NCBI RefSeq assembly: GCF_006345805.1
Contig: NC_043000.1
Span: 160,766,001-160,830,000, forward strand
Direction: 5' to 3'
Source: Octopus sinensis
Lineage: Eukaryota
Length of the DNA: 64,000 bases
The position numbers were made by a program, and so were the translations under genes. The first letter of the stretch is position 1; every line of letters begins with the position of its first letter. Under the pieces are notes generated by a model that was not told the DNA's origin, did not search any database, and worked only from the letters and a program-made list of their open reading frames with translations. Below, piece after piece: positions 13,134 to 24,029 of the stretch.

Positions 13134-14436
13134 GAAAACAAGTGAAAAGCAAACGGTTTGACAAAACTTGACAGAGACATATAAGTTACCTATATATTAT
13201 GAAGTTATACATAGTCTCTAACAGCTGTTTCTAGAATATCTCAGATATTGGAACATCGTGTCGAGCGAGTTATTCCATAAGGTCTTCCACAAGTTGACAT
13301 GTAAAAAAGCTATCATTTCAGATTATCGTTATCATCTAAATAAGATGTAATACCTATTTGGTACATCCATAGTAGCTCTAATTTTCATCTTTCCTTCATA
13401 GATCATCACCATCTCCTTTATTTGCGCACTTATCGTTCAACACCCTAACCACTAAGCCACGCGCCTCCACTTCTTTTGTAATACAGCATGATATTTCTTA
13501 CATTCCTTGGACACTTTAATTTCACTATTCTTATGCTTAGTAATTAAATGTCCCTAATCTGTTCATTTAATTATTTATTTATATCTTTATTTACCCTCGA
13601 TTAACTTTGGGTTTATCAACTTACTTATTTAATTTTATCCCTTGATTCTCAGTGGGAATATATTTTCATTAGCACCACAGATCCTCAAATCTTAATCTTA
13701 ATCTCAATTTTTATTTCTAACGCTATAACAATTTAGCCAGCTCCGATTCTCTCTTCCTGTTTAGTAATATCAGACCACCTACTACATCACATTTCTATTA
13801 TCTTTATTACCTCCACTACCCTTCCCTCCCAATATTAATCAACCTGTAGGTCCTGCGTTTCTTCATCCTTCAACTATTTGTCTTTGCACACACAACCCCT
13901 TCACCTTCGTCATCAAGACTACCTATCGCTAAACCGATTAGTATATATCTAATATCCAGCATCTATCTGCTTGTCCTCTTCCTACTATAGTGTACCATAT
14001 TCAATCTTCCATCATTTTTATCCAGCATTGGAACTGGTAACATTTATTTCCCCTCACCATGGATTATAATCAAACCATTCTCTCTGTTTTGATGTAACTA
14101 ATAGACATTACCGCTTTTCTTTATTTGTTCTCATATTTACCTAACGAATACCCATTACAATTAGATTTTTAGTAGGATTCGCCTCCTTTTCGCGACAAAA
14201 TAAACTGCAACAAAATCATTGATGAATAAAATTCCTCCAACTGTTACATCTGTTTAACCCCTACCTCTCTGAAGACGGGTTTCTCAGCTTACAGAATCCT
14301 TGCTAGACACTATGTTTCAATAACCGGAATATTCTAGAAACAGCTGTTAGAGACTATGTATACTTTTTTGTATTATATAATTAAATTAAATTCCCTTGTC
14401 AACTTTTGCCAAAACGTTTGCATTTTCAGTTTTATT
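13134..14436. repeat. About 135-bp inverted repeats enclosing about 1 kb; probably a Penelope-like remnant with inverted pLTR
   Basis: Perfect 34-bp inverted core 13206-13239 / 14329-14362 (tatacatagtctctaacagctgtttctagaatat) within longer imperfect arms; arms carry the gaaacagctgt motif. Confidence 0.6.
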
Positions 14437-14979
14437 TTAATCTAAAGCTAACTACTCAAGAGGAAGCCACTTCTAGCCGCTTTGGAAACGCAGTCACATG
14501 TTCAACTGTAGTTCAAATCGAAATTGTAGTGGCATACCAAATTGAGTAGCCAGTGTGGATACCTATTTGTTTGTGTCACCCTGTATATATTGTCTATGTA
14601 GAAGAAGGAATGAAAACTCAGCTCATAACTGATAAGAGTTTAAGGTAACAATTTTGTTGATGATGGTCGTAATAATAATACCAGCAGTAACAACAAGAGT
14701 AACAACAGCAGCAATAATAATAATGATACGCGTACACACCCAGAAGAAAAACACACCCAGAAGAAAAACACGTGTCACGAGCAAATCAAATAAAAACAAA
14801 TTAGTTACTTAGTTTAAAATATCACTAAACATTTATTCCTGGAAACATAGCTATCAAAACAATAGAGGCAATTTTTGATCTATCAGCCTACGATACGACA
14901 AATATATCCATTTGAAGAACAACGAAACGGTGTCATATCCAAACGTTAACCCTGAACAAACAGACCCGTCTACTATTGT

Positions 14980-16548
14980 TACTGTCATTGCTTCAATGAC
15001 AAGCCATAACTCATGCCTGATTTGTCATCGCCCGGTATAACAAGGACTGCGTTATCCAGTAGGGCAACAAATTGGGGTCGAAAAGTCAGCTGCTAGAATA
15101 AACTCTCAAAAAAGAAAATGATCTACTAGGTAACCAAAACCAGGATACTCCTAACCCTAGACCTGTAGTGACGTCTTGAAAAACATCACCTAAAGCAAAA
15201 CACATAAAATGGACTACAGAGGATTATAGAGATGTGTTGAAAGCTTTCTATACAGCCCAATTAATCCGAAAAATTAATCTCATTGTACAAATGTACATTT
15301 CATGGAGAAACGTGGTAGGCAACGAAGTACGCAGATATATAGATGCAAATAGAGTACGTAATATACGCAGAGACATCATTGAGGATAAAAGGATAACTGA
15401 CGCTGAAATTAACCAAATTGGGACACAAATATCTCATGGTAGACCAAATCAAAACAGCAACAATGCTGATGAAATAGGTAACAGATACACAAAACTTAGT
15501 GCACTAGCATTACATCCCAACGAAGAAGCTGAAGAACAAATAGCGAAAAGCAGATATGCGGAAAAAGAAGAGAAAGTAGACCTTCCCTTAAGAACACCAG
15601 AATAGATATAACACAGAAGCTGAGGTGAATAGTAAAGAGCAGATCATAGAAGCAAAAGAAGATATTATGAGAGAGCTCAGCAAGGCAAAGTTTGTCATGA
15701 TCTATAGAGAACCACTACCAAAGTTCTTAAACTACATAAAACCATCACCATAAGTGTAATATATAATGTTGTTCTTAGACAGATCTTAAGAAATAAGGGA
15801 AATGACCAAACAACCTGAAAAAACCCCTCATCTATTCCACTGCTAAAGTTATAATTGCTCAACTAGGTATCAGGACGACACGATAAAGGAACAACCATGT
15901 CAACTGACTTCATAAGTAGAAAGTAACACTATAAAAAGAGATCGATCTCTGTGGGCTGATGTATCAATTCTCGATGATCTTGCTAGAGGAGTAAATGTTA
16001 AGACGAAACGAGCTAGAAAAATCCGGCAAAAATATAAAATCAAAGTTTTTATAAACCTCCCTGCGACCAAGGAACAATTGAGACGATGACTACAACTGAA
16101 ATCCCAACGGCTTCGAAGGTATGATCAAAGGATCAAATTTTATCGACAAAACAAGGCATTCAAGACAGATGCTAAGAAATTTTATAGGGAAATTGGCAAA
16201 ATTTAGATAGAAGTAAAGGAACCACCTTTGACTGAAGAAATGGAAGAGTTCTGGAAGAAGACATGCAGCAACAAAAAAGAATATAATGCTGAAGCTGACT
16301 GGATAGCACGTGAGAAAATGAAACTTATGAAGTGAAATTTGAGGAAGAGACAAAAAGCTAATAGAGCTGCTAACAATTGTTAAAGAGATCGGAAATGACA
16401 TCGGGATGGATTTTGGCCTTGATAAGTGTGGTAAAGCAACTTTTGTTAGAGGCAAACAACTTCAATTAACCTAGGTACTGACGCTACCATCAGGGAACTT
16501 GACTGAAAAGGAAGTTATAAATACCTGGGGATAAACGAAGAAGATGGT
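14980..16548 (+). mobile_element. Decayed R4/Dong-like LINE: 5' region, N-terminal domain and partial RT with deletions
   Basis: KWTTEDYRDVLKAFYTA...YIDANRVRNIRRDIIEDKRITDAEI parallels ORF 19515; later NDIGMDFGLDKCGKATF and YKYLGINE. Confidence 0.75.
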
Positions 16549-16623
16549 TAGTGTGTGTGTGTGTTTGTGTGTGTGCGCGCGCGCGTGTGTGTGTATGTGC
16601 GTGTATTTATTATTGTTTTTCTA

Positions 16624-18092
16624 CCTGTAATTACCTCAAACTTTCTGGTAAACATGAAGTTGAAGTCAGTTCCCTCGTTGATACGGTGTATACCTTCAGT
16701 GCTGAAATCGGAATGGAGTTGGGACTGAGAAACTGTGGTGTGTTAGACTTGAAGGGAGGCAAAAACAAATGTATGGACGGGCTATCGATACTTTCGGGGG
16801 AGGTTATGTAGCACATAGAAGAGACGGGCTATAAGTACTTGGATAGTTTGGAAATGGATAAATTGATGGAGAAAGAAATGACAAACAAATTTAAGGTGGA
16901 GTATTTGCACAGATTGAGACTGTTCCTTAATTCAAAATTAAACGGACGGAATAAGATCGAAGCTATCGACACCTGGGTGGTTTCACTCCTTAGATATGGA
17001 GCAGGGGAAATCGCATTGACAGTAGACGAACTAAATAGCTTAGACAGAAAGACAAGAAAGTTGCTAACTAGTTAAGGGTCACTTCAACCAAAAGGTGACA
17101 CAGACAGACTGTACGTACCATGAAAAATGTGGAGAAAGAGGACTTATTGGATGGGAATACAGCATTATAGCAGAAGAAAACAACATAGCATGTTATATAA
17201 ATAATACCACAGAACCGTAATTATTAGAAGAATGTCAGGCTTGTGTAGGATGATAGATAGCGATGATAAAGCACTATACAGAACCTGAAAACGAATGAAA
17301 CTGAAAATAGTTGGGTAAAGAGAAGAATGCATGGTCAATTTCATAGGGATGTTGAAGATAAGACAGACAAACAAAAAAGATGGCTGTGGATGACTAAAAG
17401 TGATTTAAAACCGGAAAGGGAGGTTCTCGTCTGTGCTGCGCAGGAGCAAGAACTAAGAACAAACTACACAAAATACAGAATAGACAACACAGCAGTAAGT
17501 GATAGGGCAGAATCAGTTGACAAAACCAGCCAATGTACGGCTCTAGCCCACAAAGAGACGCCTCGGCCATATAGCCAGGCTTGTGCATTGGATACTTTGC
17601 CACAAGTATGGACTTGAGAGAGCAAAAAATTAGTACGACCACAAACCTGAAGGCTTCGTCGAAAATAGAAATGCAAAGATGCTATGGGATTTTATGATTC
17701 GGTGTGATCATGAGATAGAGAATAGGAAGCCGGACATAGTTTGACTGGAGAAAGAAAATAAACTATGCTGGATCATTGACAGCATGCCCAGCTGACAACA
17801 GGTTATGCGATAAGGAAGAAAGAAAAGTCGAGAGATATGACGGTTAGCTTGGGAGTTTGAACCATTGTGGTCGAGGAAAAAGGTAGCAGTAGTGCCAGTA
17901 ATTGTCGGAGTCCTGGGAACAGTGAGCAAAAATCTTGAGAAGTACGTGGAACAAATAGGGGCTCCAGTAAGGTTGGAGCACTTGCACAAAACAGCACTGC
18001 TTGAAACCGCTCGAATACTCCGGATGGTGCTCGAAAAATAAGAGATGTTACCTTAGTTCACTGGTAGTGAACAGCTGACACTGTGCAAAGGC
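16624..18092 (+). mobile_element. R4/Dong-like LINE family B, 5'-truncated (RT C-terminus, thumb, REL)
   Basis: IGMELGLRNCG, LNSKLNGRNKIEAIDTWVVSLLRYGAG, MHGQFHR...AAQEQELRTNY, CDHEIENRKPDIV, VPVIVGVLGTV...KTALLETARIL; ends in (TAA)n. Confidence 0.85.
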
Positions 18093-18163
<71 letters not shown>

Positions 18164-18190
18164 TAATAATAATAAAAATAATAATGATAA

Positions 18191-18246
<56 letters not shown>

Positions 18247-18271
18247 TAATAATAATAATGATAATAATAAT
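18093..18271. repeat. (TAA)n microsatellite
   Basis: Direct reading. Confidence 0.95.
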
Positions 18272-18981
18272 AAGATTGAAACTATATACCACCTAATCTC
18301 AGGGTGTAGAGTATTAGCAGCTGTAGAATATAAAGAAAGACTTGACAGAATCGGCCAGTATTTAAACTGGACAATATATCGGCATTATAAAATGAAAACC
18401 GCTGACAAATGGTTTAAACATCATCCTGAAGCAGTGACTGAGTGAGAAAATATGTCGATTCTCTGGAACTTCCCCGTACATACAGACGAAGCTATAAAAG
18501 CCAAGAAACCGGATGTTATTATAAAAGATCAGACAAAAAAGGTGTGTTTATTAATTGACATGAGTATTCCTTGCGATCACAATATAGCAGCGAAAGAATT
18601 TGACAAGATCAGTAAATATAAAGACTTACTTATAGAAATTGAAAAAAATGTGGCATCTCAAGGCAACTACAGTACCAGTGATTGTAGGATCTCTAGGAGT
18701 GATGAAAAAGGCACTGAAACCTATTTGAAAATGATACCAGGCTTACCATCCCTACAGGAAGTGCAAAAATCGTGTTAACTGGAACGGCTCATGTACTGAG
18801 AAGAGCATTATCGCTGTGAAAGCAACATCCATTCATGAATTTATTTATTTATCAATTTTTAAATGCATATTTTACCTGTAAATTTCCGTGTGTAATCTGG
18901 GAATGCATACAATGAGCTACTCTGCCTTAGGTGTACGGAAAGCACTCGGCGAGAAACGGAAGAAAATTCAAAGAAAGACGG

Positions 18982-18982
<1 letters not shown>
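18272..18982 (+). mobile_element. R4/Dong-like family A 3' fragment (second half of CCHC knuckle, REL domain, 3' UTR)
   Basis: Starts KIETIYHLISGCRVLAAVEYK; ORF 18452-18778 ILWNFPVHTD...KKPDVIIKD...LLIDMSIPCDHNI (PD..D REL motif); followed by (TAA)n at 18983-19042. Confidence 0.88.
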
Positions 18983-19027
<45 letters not shown>

Positions 19028-19451
19028 TAATAATAATAATAATAGTGCTGATAATCAATCTATCTATCTATCTACACACACACACTCAAAGAGTTCAACC
19101 AGCACAAACCTCACCTCTATTGTTAACCAAATATGAAAGTATTATTTGACAGGCAAGAACTCTGGCATTGAAGACAGTCAGCCAGCCAACCACCAAGCCA
19201 GCCAACGAGACAGACAGACACTACTGTGATTTGATAAGGATAAAAAAACAAAAATAACAATAATAAGATACTGCTGTGACTACACATAAAACAATATCAT
19301 TGATGATGATGGTGGTGATGGTGATGGTGATAATGATAATGATGATGGTAATGGTGGTGATAATGATGATAGTGATAATAATGGTGATGATAATAACAAT
19401 AATAAGCCGACTACGGCTGCTATAATGGTACGATTATAATTGTAACAGCAA

Positions 19452-22400
19452 TGATGGCCGTCTCCCCACGAGCCAACCAAAGCTAAAAAATGATAACATT
19501 ATCGTAGCACCAAAATGTTTTTGGAAACTAAAAGGAAAACTAAATCAGTATACCAAATCGCTTGTCCTATGGTTAATCTGGAAGCGCGTCCCCCAGGGAA
19601 GAGCCAGCCTGGGACCGAAAAGTCATCAACTGGCACAAACTCTTCTCCGAATACGGACATGGATGGTCATTTGAACGGGAAATCCCCCAACTCGAGCCCT
19701 CCAAGTTCACCACCACAACCACCACAGAAAGAAAAATGTAAGCGGAACAAATGGACCCGAGAAGAGTATAAAGAAGTAATATACGCTTATTACTATGCAT
19801 TAGATAGGCCATCTCAAGAGAGACACACCGCAAACTCTTACAGTATATGGAGAACACGAAATCAAGACAGTAGGCCCTATTTGGACGAGAACAAATTAGC
19901 AAATGTGAGGAGGGATATCCTTAGAAATAACAGACTCACAGACAGTGAAATAAGCGCGATCAAGCACGCAACGGAAAATGACATAAATATAAGACACAAA
20001 GGAAATGAAGAATCAGATGAAAAGTATATCCCGCCACGAGGCTTAATTGAAAGACTGCCATCTGACCAAAGTACGCAAAGGCCTGAAGATACAAGAAATT
20101 CTATTGTACCTGTTAAAGATAGCCAGGAAAACGGAAAAACAACAGTAACTGAAGATCTCGCATCTGCTGAAGAACACAGAGAGTCTATGGCAGAAATGAG
20201 GCAGAAAATCCTGAATACACTTGAAGTTGTAAGACATACAAGTATGAATGATAGAGAACCACTTCATAAACTCTCAAATACAAACCAAAATAAAAAAACA
20301 AATCCAAATTGGCAACTATGTAACAAATGAAATAATACGAGAATTAAAACCTGATTTTGCTGAGTTAAATGAAATTATTTACGCTTCTGCTAGGGCAATT
20401 GAAACCAGCTGTATGCCCCCGAAAAAACAAAGAAAACCAAACCTGGGAAGAAATCAAACCTGGAGAAGTAAAATTGAAAAAGAGATTGAATTTATGAGAG
20501 GGGAAATATCAATATTAAATGAACTAATATGTGGAAATGATGTAAGATCCAGAACAGGAAGAAAGATGAAGAGAAAATTTGGATCCTCACCACGAGAAGA
20601 ACTGATATCAATAAAAGAAACGCTGAAACAAAAAGTCCAAGCAAAAGCCAAAGAATACGAAGATTTGAGAAGAGAAACAAGTTTTACAAGCAAAATAAGC
20701 CGTTCACATCCAATGCCAAAAAATTCTACAGAGAAATAGGGAAGGAGAAAGTAACCGTTAAAGATCCCCCTCCCATGGAAGAAGTTCAAAACTTTTGGAA
20801 AAGTATTTGGAGTGACAAGAAGACGTACAACATAAATGCAGACTGGATTATACCAAAATTTACAACAACAAGCATGGGAAGACATCACAATAACAGACCT
20901 AAGAAAGGCACTCACGAAGGCCCATAATTGGAAATCCCCCGGTAAAGATAGGGTGCCGAATTTCTGGCTCGCATCGCTCCCATGCGCACACGGTAAGCTA
21001 GTTCAGCTGCTTAATGGAATTATGAGAGACCCAAAGAAAACACCTGAATGGTTAGCAAGTGGCATTACTTACCTACTCCCAAAGAATAACGAAACCAACC
21101 TTCCAAAAAACTATCGGCCTATAACCTGTCTATCCACCACGTATAAAATCCTAACATCTATCCTGGCGGAGAAAACATATGCATTCTTGGAGAAGAACGA
21201 TATTTTCCCCATTGAACAAAAAGGGTGCCGCCGAGGCTCTTACGGATGCAAAGATCAACTGCTAATCAATCGTATGATCCTTGAGAACTGTCGCAACAAG
21301 CGCAGAAATCTCAGCACCGCATGGATTGACTATAAAAAGGCCTTCGACAGTATACCGCATCCATGGATCTTGAGATCGCTGGACATCTTCAAAATTTCCC
21401 CTGTGATTTCAAACTTCCTGAAGCACAATATGTCGTTGTGGAATACGAAACTCCAATTATACCACTCTAATGGAGTACTTGCCTCAGAAAATATAAACAT
21501 CAACTGTGGAATTTTTCAAGGTGACTCACTTTCACCTTTAATATTCTGCATAGCCCTAATACCCCTTACAAGTGAATTAAACAGAACAGGGTATGGGTAT
21601 AAAATTGCCAATAAAAAAATAAGCCATCTATTTTATATGGATGACTTAAAACTTTATGGTAAAGACAATAATGAACTTGAAGGCCTATTGTGCACTGTGA
21701 AAGCATTCAGCGATGACATCGGGATGGAGTTTGGACTTGAGAAGTGTGCCAAGGCCACTTTCCAGAAAGGGAAAGTGAAGACCACAAATTCAGTCGTGTT
21801 AGATGTTGACACAGTCATAAGAGAGCTTGAGCAAGAACAAACATACAAATATTTAGGGATAAATGAAGGCTCTGGTATTCAGCATGCAAGCATGAAAGAG
21901 AAGATCAGGAAGGAATGTTATAGGAGAGTTCGTGCAGTCCTGAAATCTGAACTAAATGCACGTAACAAGGTGTTAGCTATAAATTCCTTAGCAGTTCCAG
22001 TTGTTACTTATAGCTACAATGTGTTGAACTGGAATATGAGTGAAGTAAAGAATATAGATAGAAAAATACGCAAGCTGCTGAGTTGTAATAGGATGCACCA
22101 CCCAAAGGCAGACGTAGATCGCCTTTACCTTCCCAGAGCCCAAGGAGGTCGAGGCCTGATCCAATTTGAACTAGCTTACAAAACAACCACAATTAGACTG
22201 GCCAAATATCTCGAAATATCGAATGACTGGATGCTAAAGCTCGTGGAAAATCACGAGAGACGAAAGAAGCTTCATTCTATTATAAAGGAAAGCAAAAAAT
22301 TTGCTATTGATCTCGTGCAGGATACCCAAACAGAACAACACGAGGGAAGTACGGCAATTATTGTTGCAAAGAAGGTGAAAATGATGGCAACGAAAAAAGC

Positions 22401-22638
22401 GCACGAGCAATTGGCTGATAGGTGGGAGGAGAAACCTCTGCACGGCAAATATGTGACCCGCAGCAAACAAGCTGATGTTGACCAGAAGCAAACCCATCAG
22501 TGGCTACGGAGCTCAGGGCTAAAAGCAGAGAGCGAAGGTTTCATCCTGGCTGCTCAAGATCAAAGCCTATTAACCCGGAACTACCAGGCCAATGTGATGA
22601 AAAATGGAGCAGACCCAAAATGCCGATTCTGCAATGAA
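19452..22638 (+). mobile_element. R4/Dong-like LINE family A, 5'-intact and 3'-truncated within the CCHC knuckle
   Basis: One ancestral ORF split by 3 frameshifts (19515-20330, 20248-20739, about 20640-20850, 20836-22638); RT motifs [36 protein letters not shown]; stops at KCRFCNE. Confidence 0.92.
19515..20330 (+). CDS. R4/Dong ORF N-terminal domain (frameshifted segment)
   Basis: NKWTREEYKEVIYAYYYA...YLDENKLANVRRDILRNNRLTDSEI, typical R4-clade N-terminus. Confidence 0.7.
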   Translation: MFLETKRKTKSVYQIACPMVNLEARPPGKSQPGTEKSSTGTNSSPNTDMDGHLNGKSPNSSPPSSPPQPPQKEKCKRNKWTREEYKEVIYAYYYALDRPSQERHTANSYSIWRTRNQDSRPYLDENKLANVRRDILRNNRLTDSEISAIKHATENDINIRHKGNEESDEKYIPPRGLIERLPSDQSTQRPEDTRNSIVPVKDSQENGKTTVTEDLASAEEHRESMAEMRQKILNTLEVVRHTSMNDREPLHKLSNTNQNKKTNPNWQLCNK

Positions 22639-22692
22639 ACCTGGCATCTGATCAATAACATACCTAACAGTGTCCTTCCAGCGAAAGAATAA
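20836..22692 (+). CDS. Non-LTR reverse transcriptase (R4/Dong clade), 618-aa segment lacking the REL domain
   Basis: RT domains present: [69 protein letters not shown]. Confidence 0.88.
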   Translation: MQTGLYQNLQQQAWEDITITDLRKALTKAHNWKSPGKDRVPNFWLASLPCAHGKLVQLLNGIMRDPKKTPEWLASGITYLLPKNNETNLPKNYRPITCLSTTYKILTSILAEKTYAFLEKNDIFPIEQKGCRRGSYGCKDQLLINRMILENCRNKRRNLSTAWIDYKKAFDSIPHPWILRSLDIFKISPVISNFLKHNMSLWNTKLQLYHSNGVLASENININCGIFQGDSLSPLIFCIALIPLTSELNRTGYGYKIANKKISHLFYMDDLKLYGKDNNELEGLLCTVKAFSDDIGMEFGLEKCAKATFQKGKVKTTNSVVLDVDTVIRELEQEQTYKYLGINEGSGIQHASMKEKIRKECYRRVRAVLKSELNARNKVLAINSLAVPVVTYSYNVLNWNMSEVKNIDRKIRKLLSCNRMHHPKADVDRLYLPRAQGGRGLIQFELAYKTTTIRLAKYLEISNDWMLKLVENHERRKKLHSIIKESKKFAIDLVQDTQTEQHEGSTAIIVAKKVKMMATKKAHEQLADRWEEKPLHGKYVTRSKQADVDQKQTHQWLRSSGLKAESEGFILAAQDQSLLTRNYQANVMKNGADPKCRFCNETWHLINNIPNSVLPAKE

Positions 22693-22723
22693 AACAGAAT
22701 ATATATATATATACATATATATG

Positions 22724-22784
<61 letters not shown>

Positions 22785-22882
22785 GATTGTTTACGAAATC
22801 CAGCCGCAATAGAATATACTTTACTTATTTACTTTATTTACATTTGACGGATATTTCTCCCTATCTTGTTTGTTGTTAACAA

Positions 22883-23700
22883 AACGTTTCGGCTGATATA
22901 TTCTCCAGCCTTCTACTACTCTATAGTACCTATGAAGCTACATAATCCGAAAAAAAACTTTTCAGTATACGAATATTATCGAACGAGCGGTGCACTGTGG
23001 GCTTACTCAACATGATAGTACACTGTATAGAGTGCGTATGAGTTGAGAAGGACACTTCTATGATCCAGTGAAAAGTTTTAACTTACTTATTTGGTATATA
23101 ATGAGGAAGATTCCTTCTACAAATTTGAATCAGATATCCTAGATATGATGTCAAGCCCGACATTTCGTAACTCTACTAACACCTTCTAGGACACAGTCAG
23201 AGTAAACAGTTGCAAAAATCCTTATTTATCTCAAACAAGTCTATAAATATTGGTTATGCAGATGATAAGTTTTATGAGCAGCTACGTACTAAATGTATTA
23301 TACAAGAAACATGTAAGTACAATAGCTTTTACTATATAAACAAGGAAGAAGTTTAAACAATAAAGTTACACGCTGACAATGAGATGGAAATGTTAAGTAA
23401 GTGTATATGAAGACTTAACACTAAATGCAAATTATTTAACCTATCAAAATCTAAGACCGGTTATTAGGTAATACCGCTGTAGGAAAACATAAAACCTATT
23501 CTTTGGTGAAAATATTTCTTTAAAGAACAGTCACTTATAACGATGTCCTCAATAAAACGTTTGTTCCAAATATAAAATGCTCTCCTGTATAGCAAAACAT
23601 GGTACCTCAACTATAAACACCTTGAAACATCTTTTGACATGCAGACCTATTATAGCTAAATGTCGGATCTAACATAAGTAAAATCTTTCTAATTAGTAAG
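22883..23700. mobile_element. Possible decayed Penelope-like remnant
   Basis: Half hammerhead-like motif on minus strand (22883-22914); weak plus-strand RT-like traces (GYADD) only. Confidence 0.3.
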
Positions 23701-24029
23701 AAATTTAATCAGTATAAGATAAATTTTAAATCCTTGTCATATGAAAGCATTTTTTATCTCAGGAAGCCAACCTCAGCCACGAAACTATGCTATTGTAGAT
23801 ATATTAAAATATGCACGCGTACATATTAAATATATACTGAAACAGACAGACTATTATATGTGACGCAGTTCAAGGCTATAGCAGTAAAACACGCCAGCAA
23901 CCTCATCAATATGATGGGAAAACCACTCAAGACTAATTTTATAACCACACACCTTCATTAGAAATATTTAGATGTACACTACTAGGAAGATTGAGGACGT
24001 CGTCTAGTTGTGCAAGAAGAAAGTAACAG

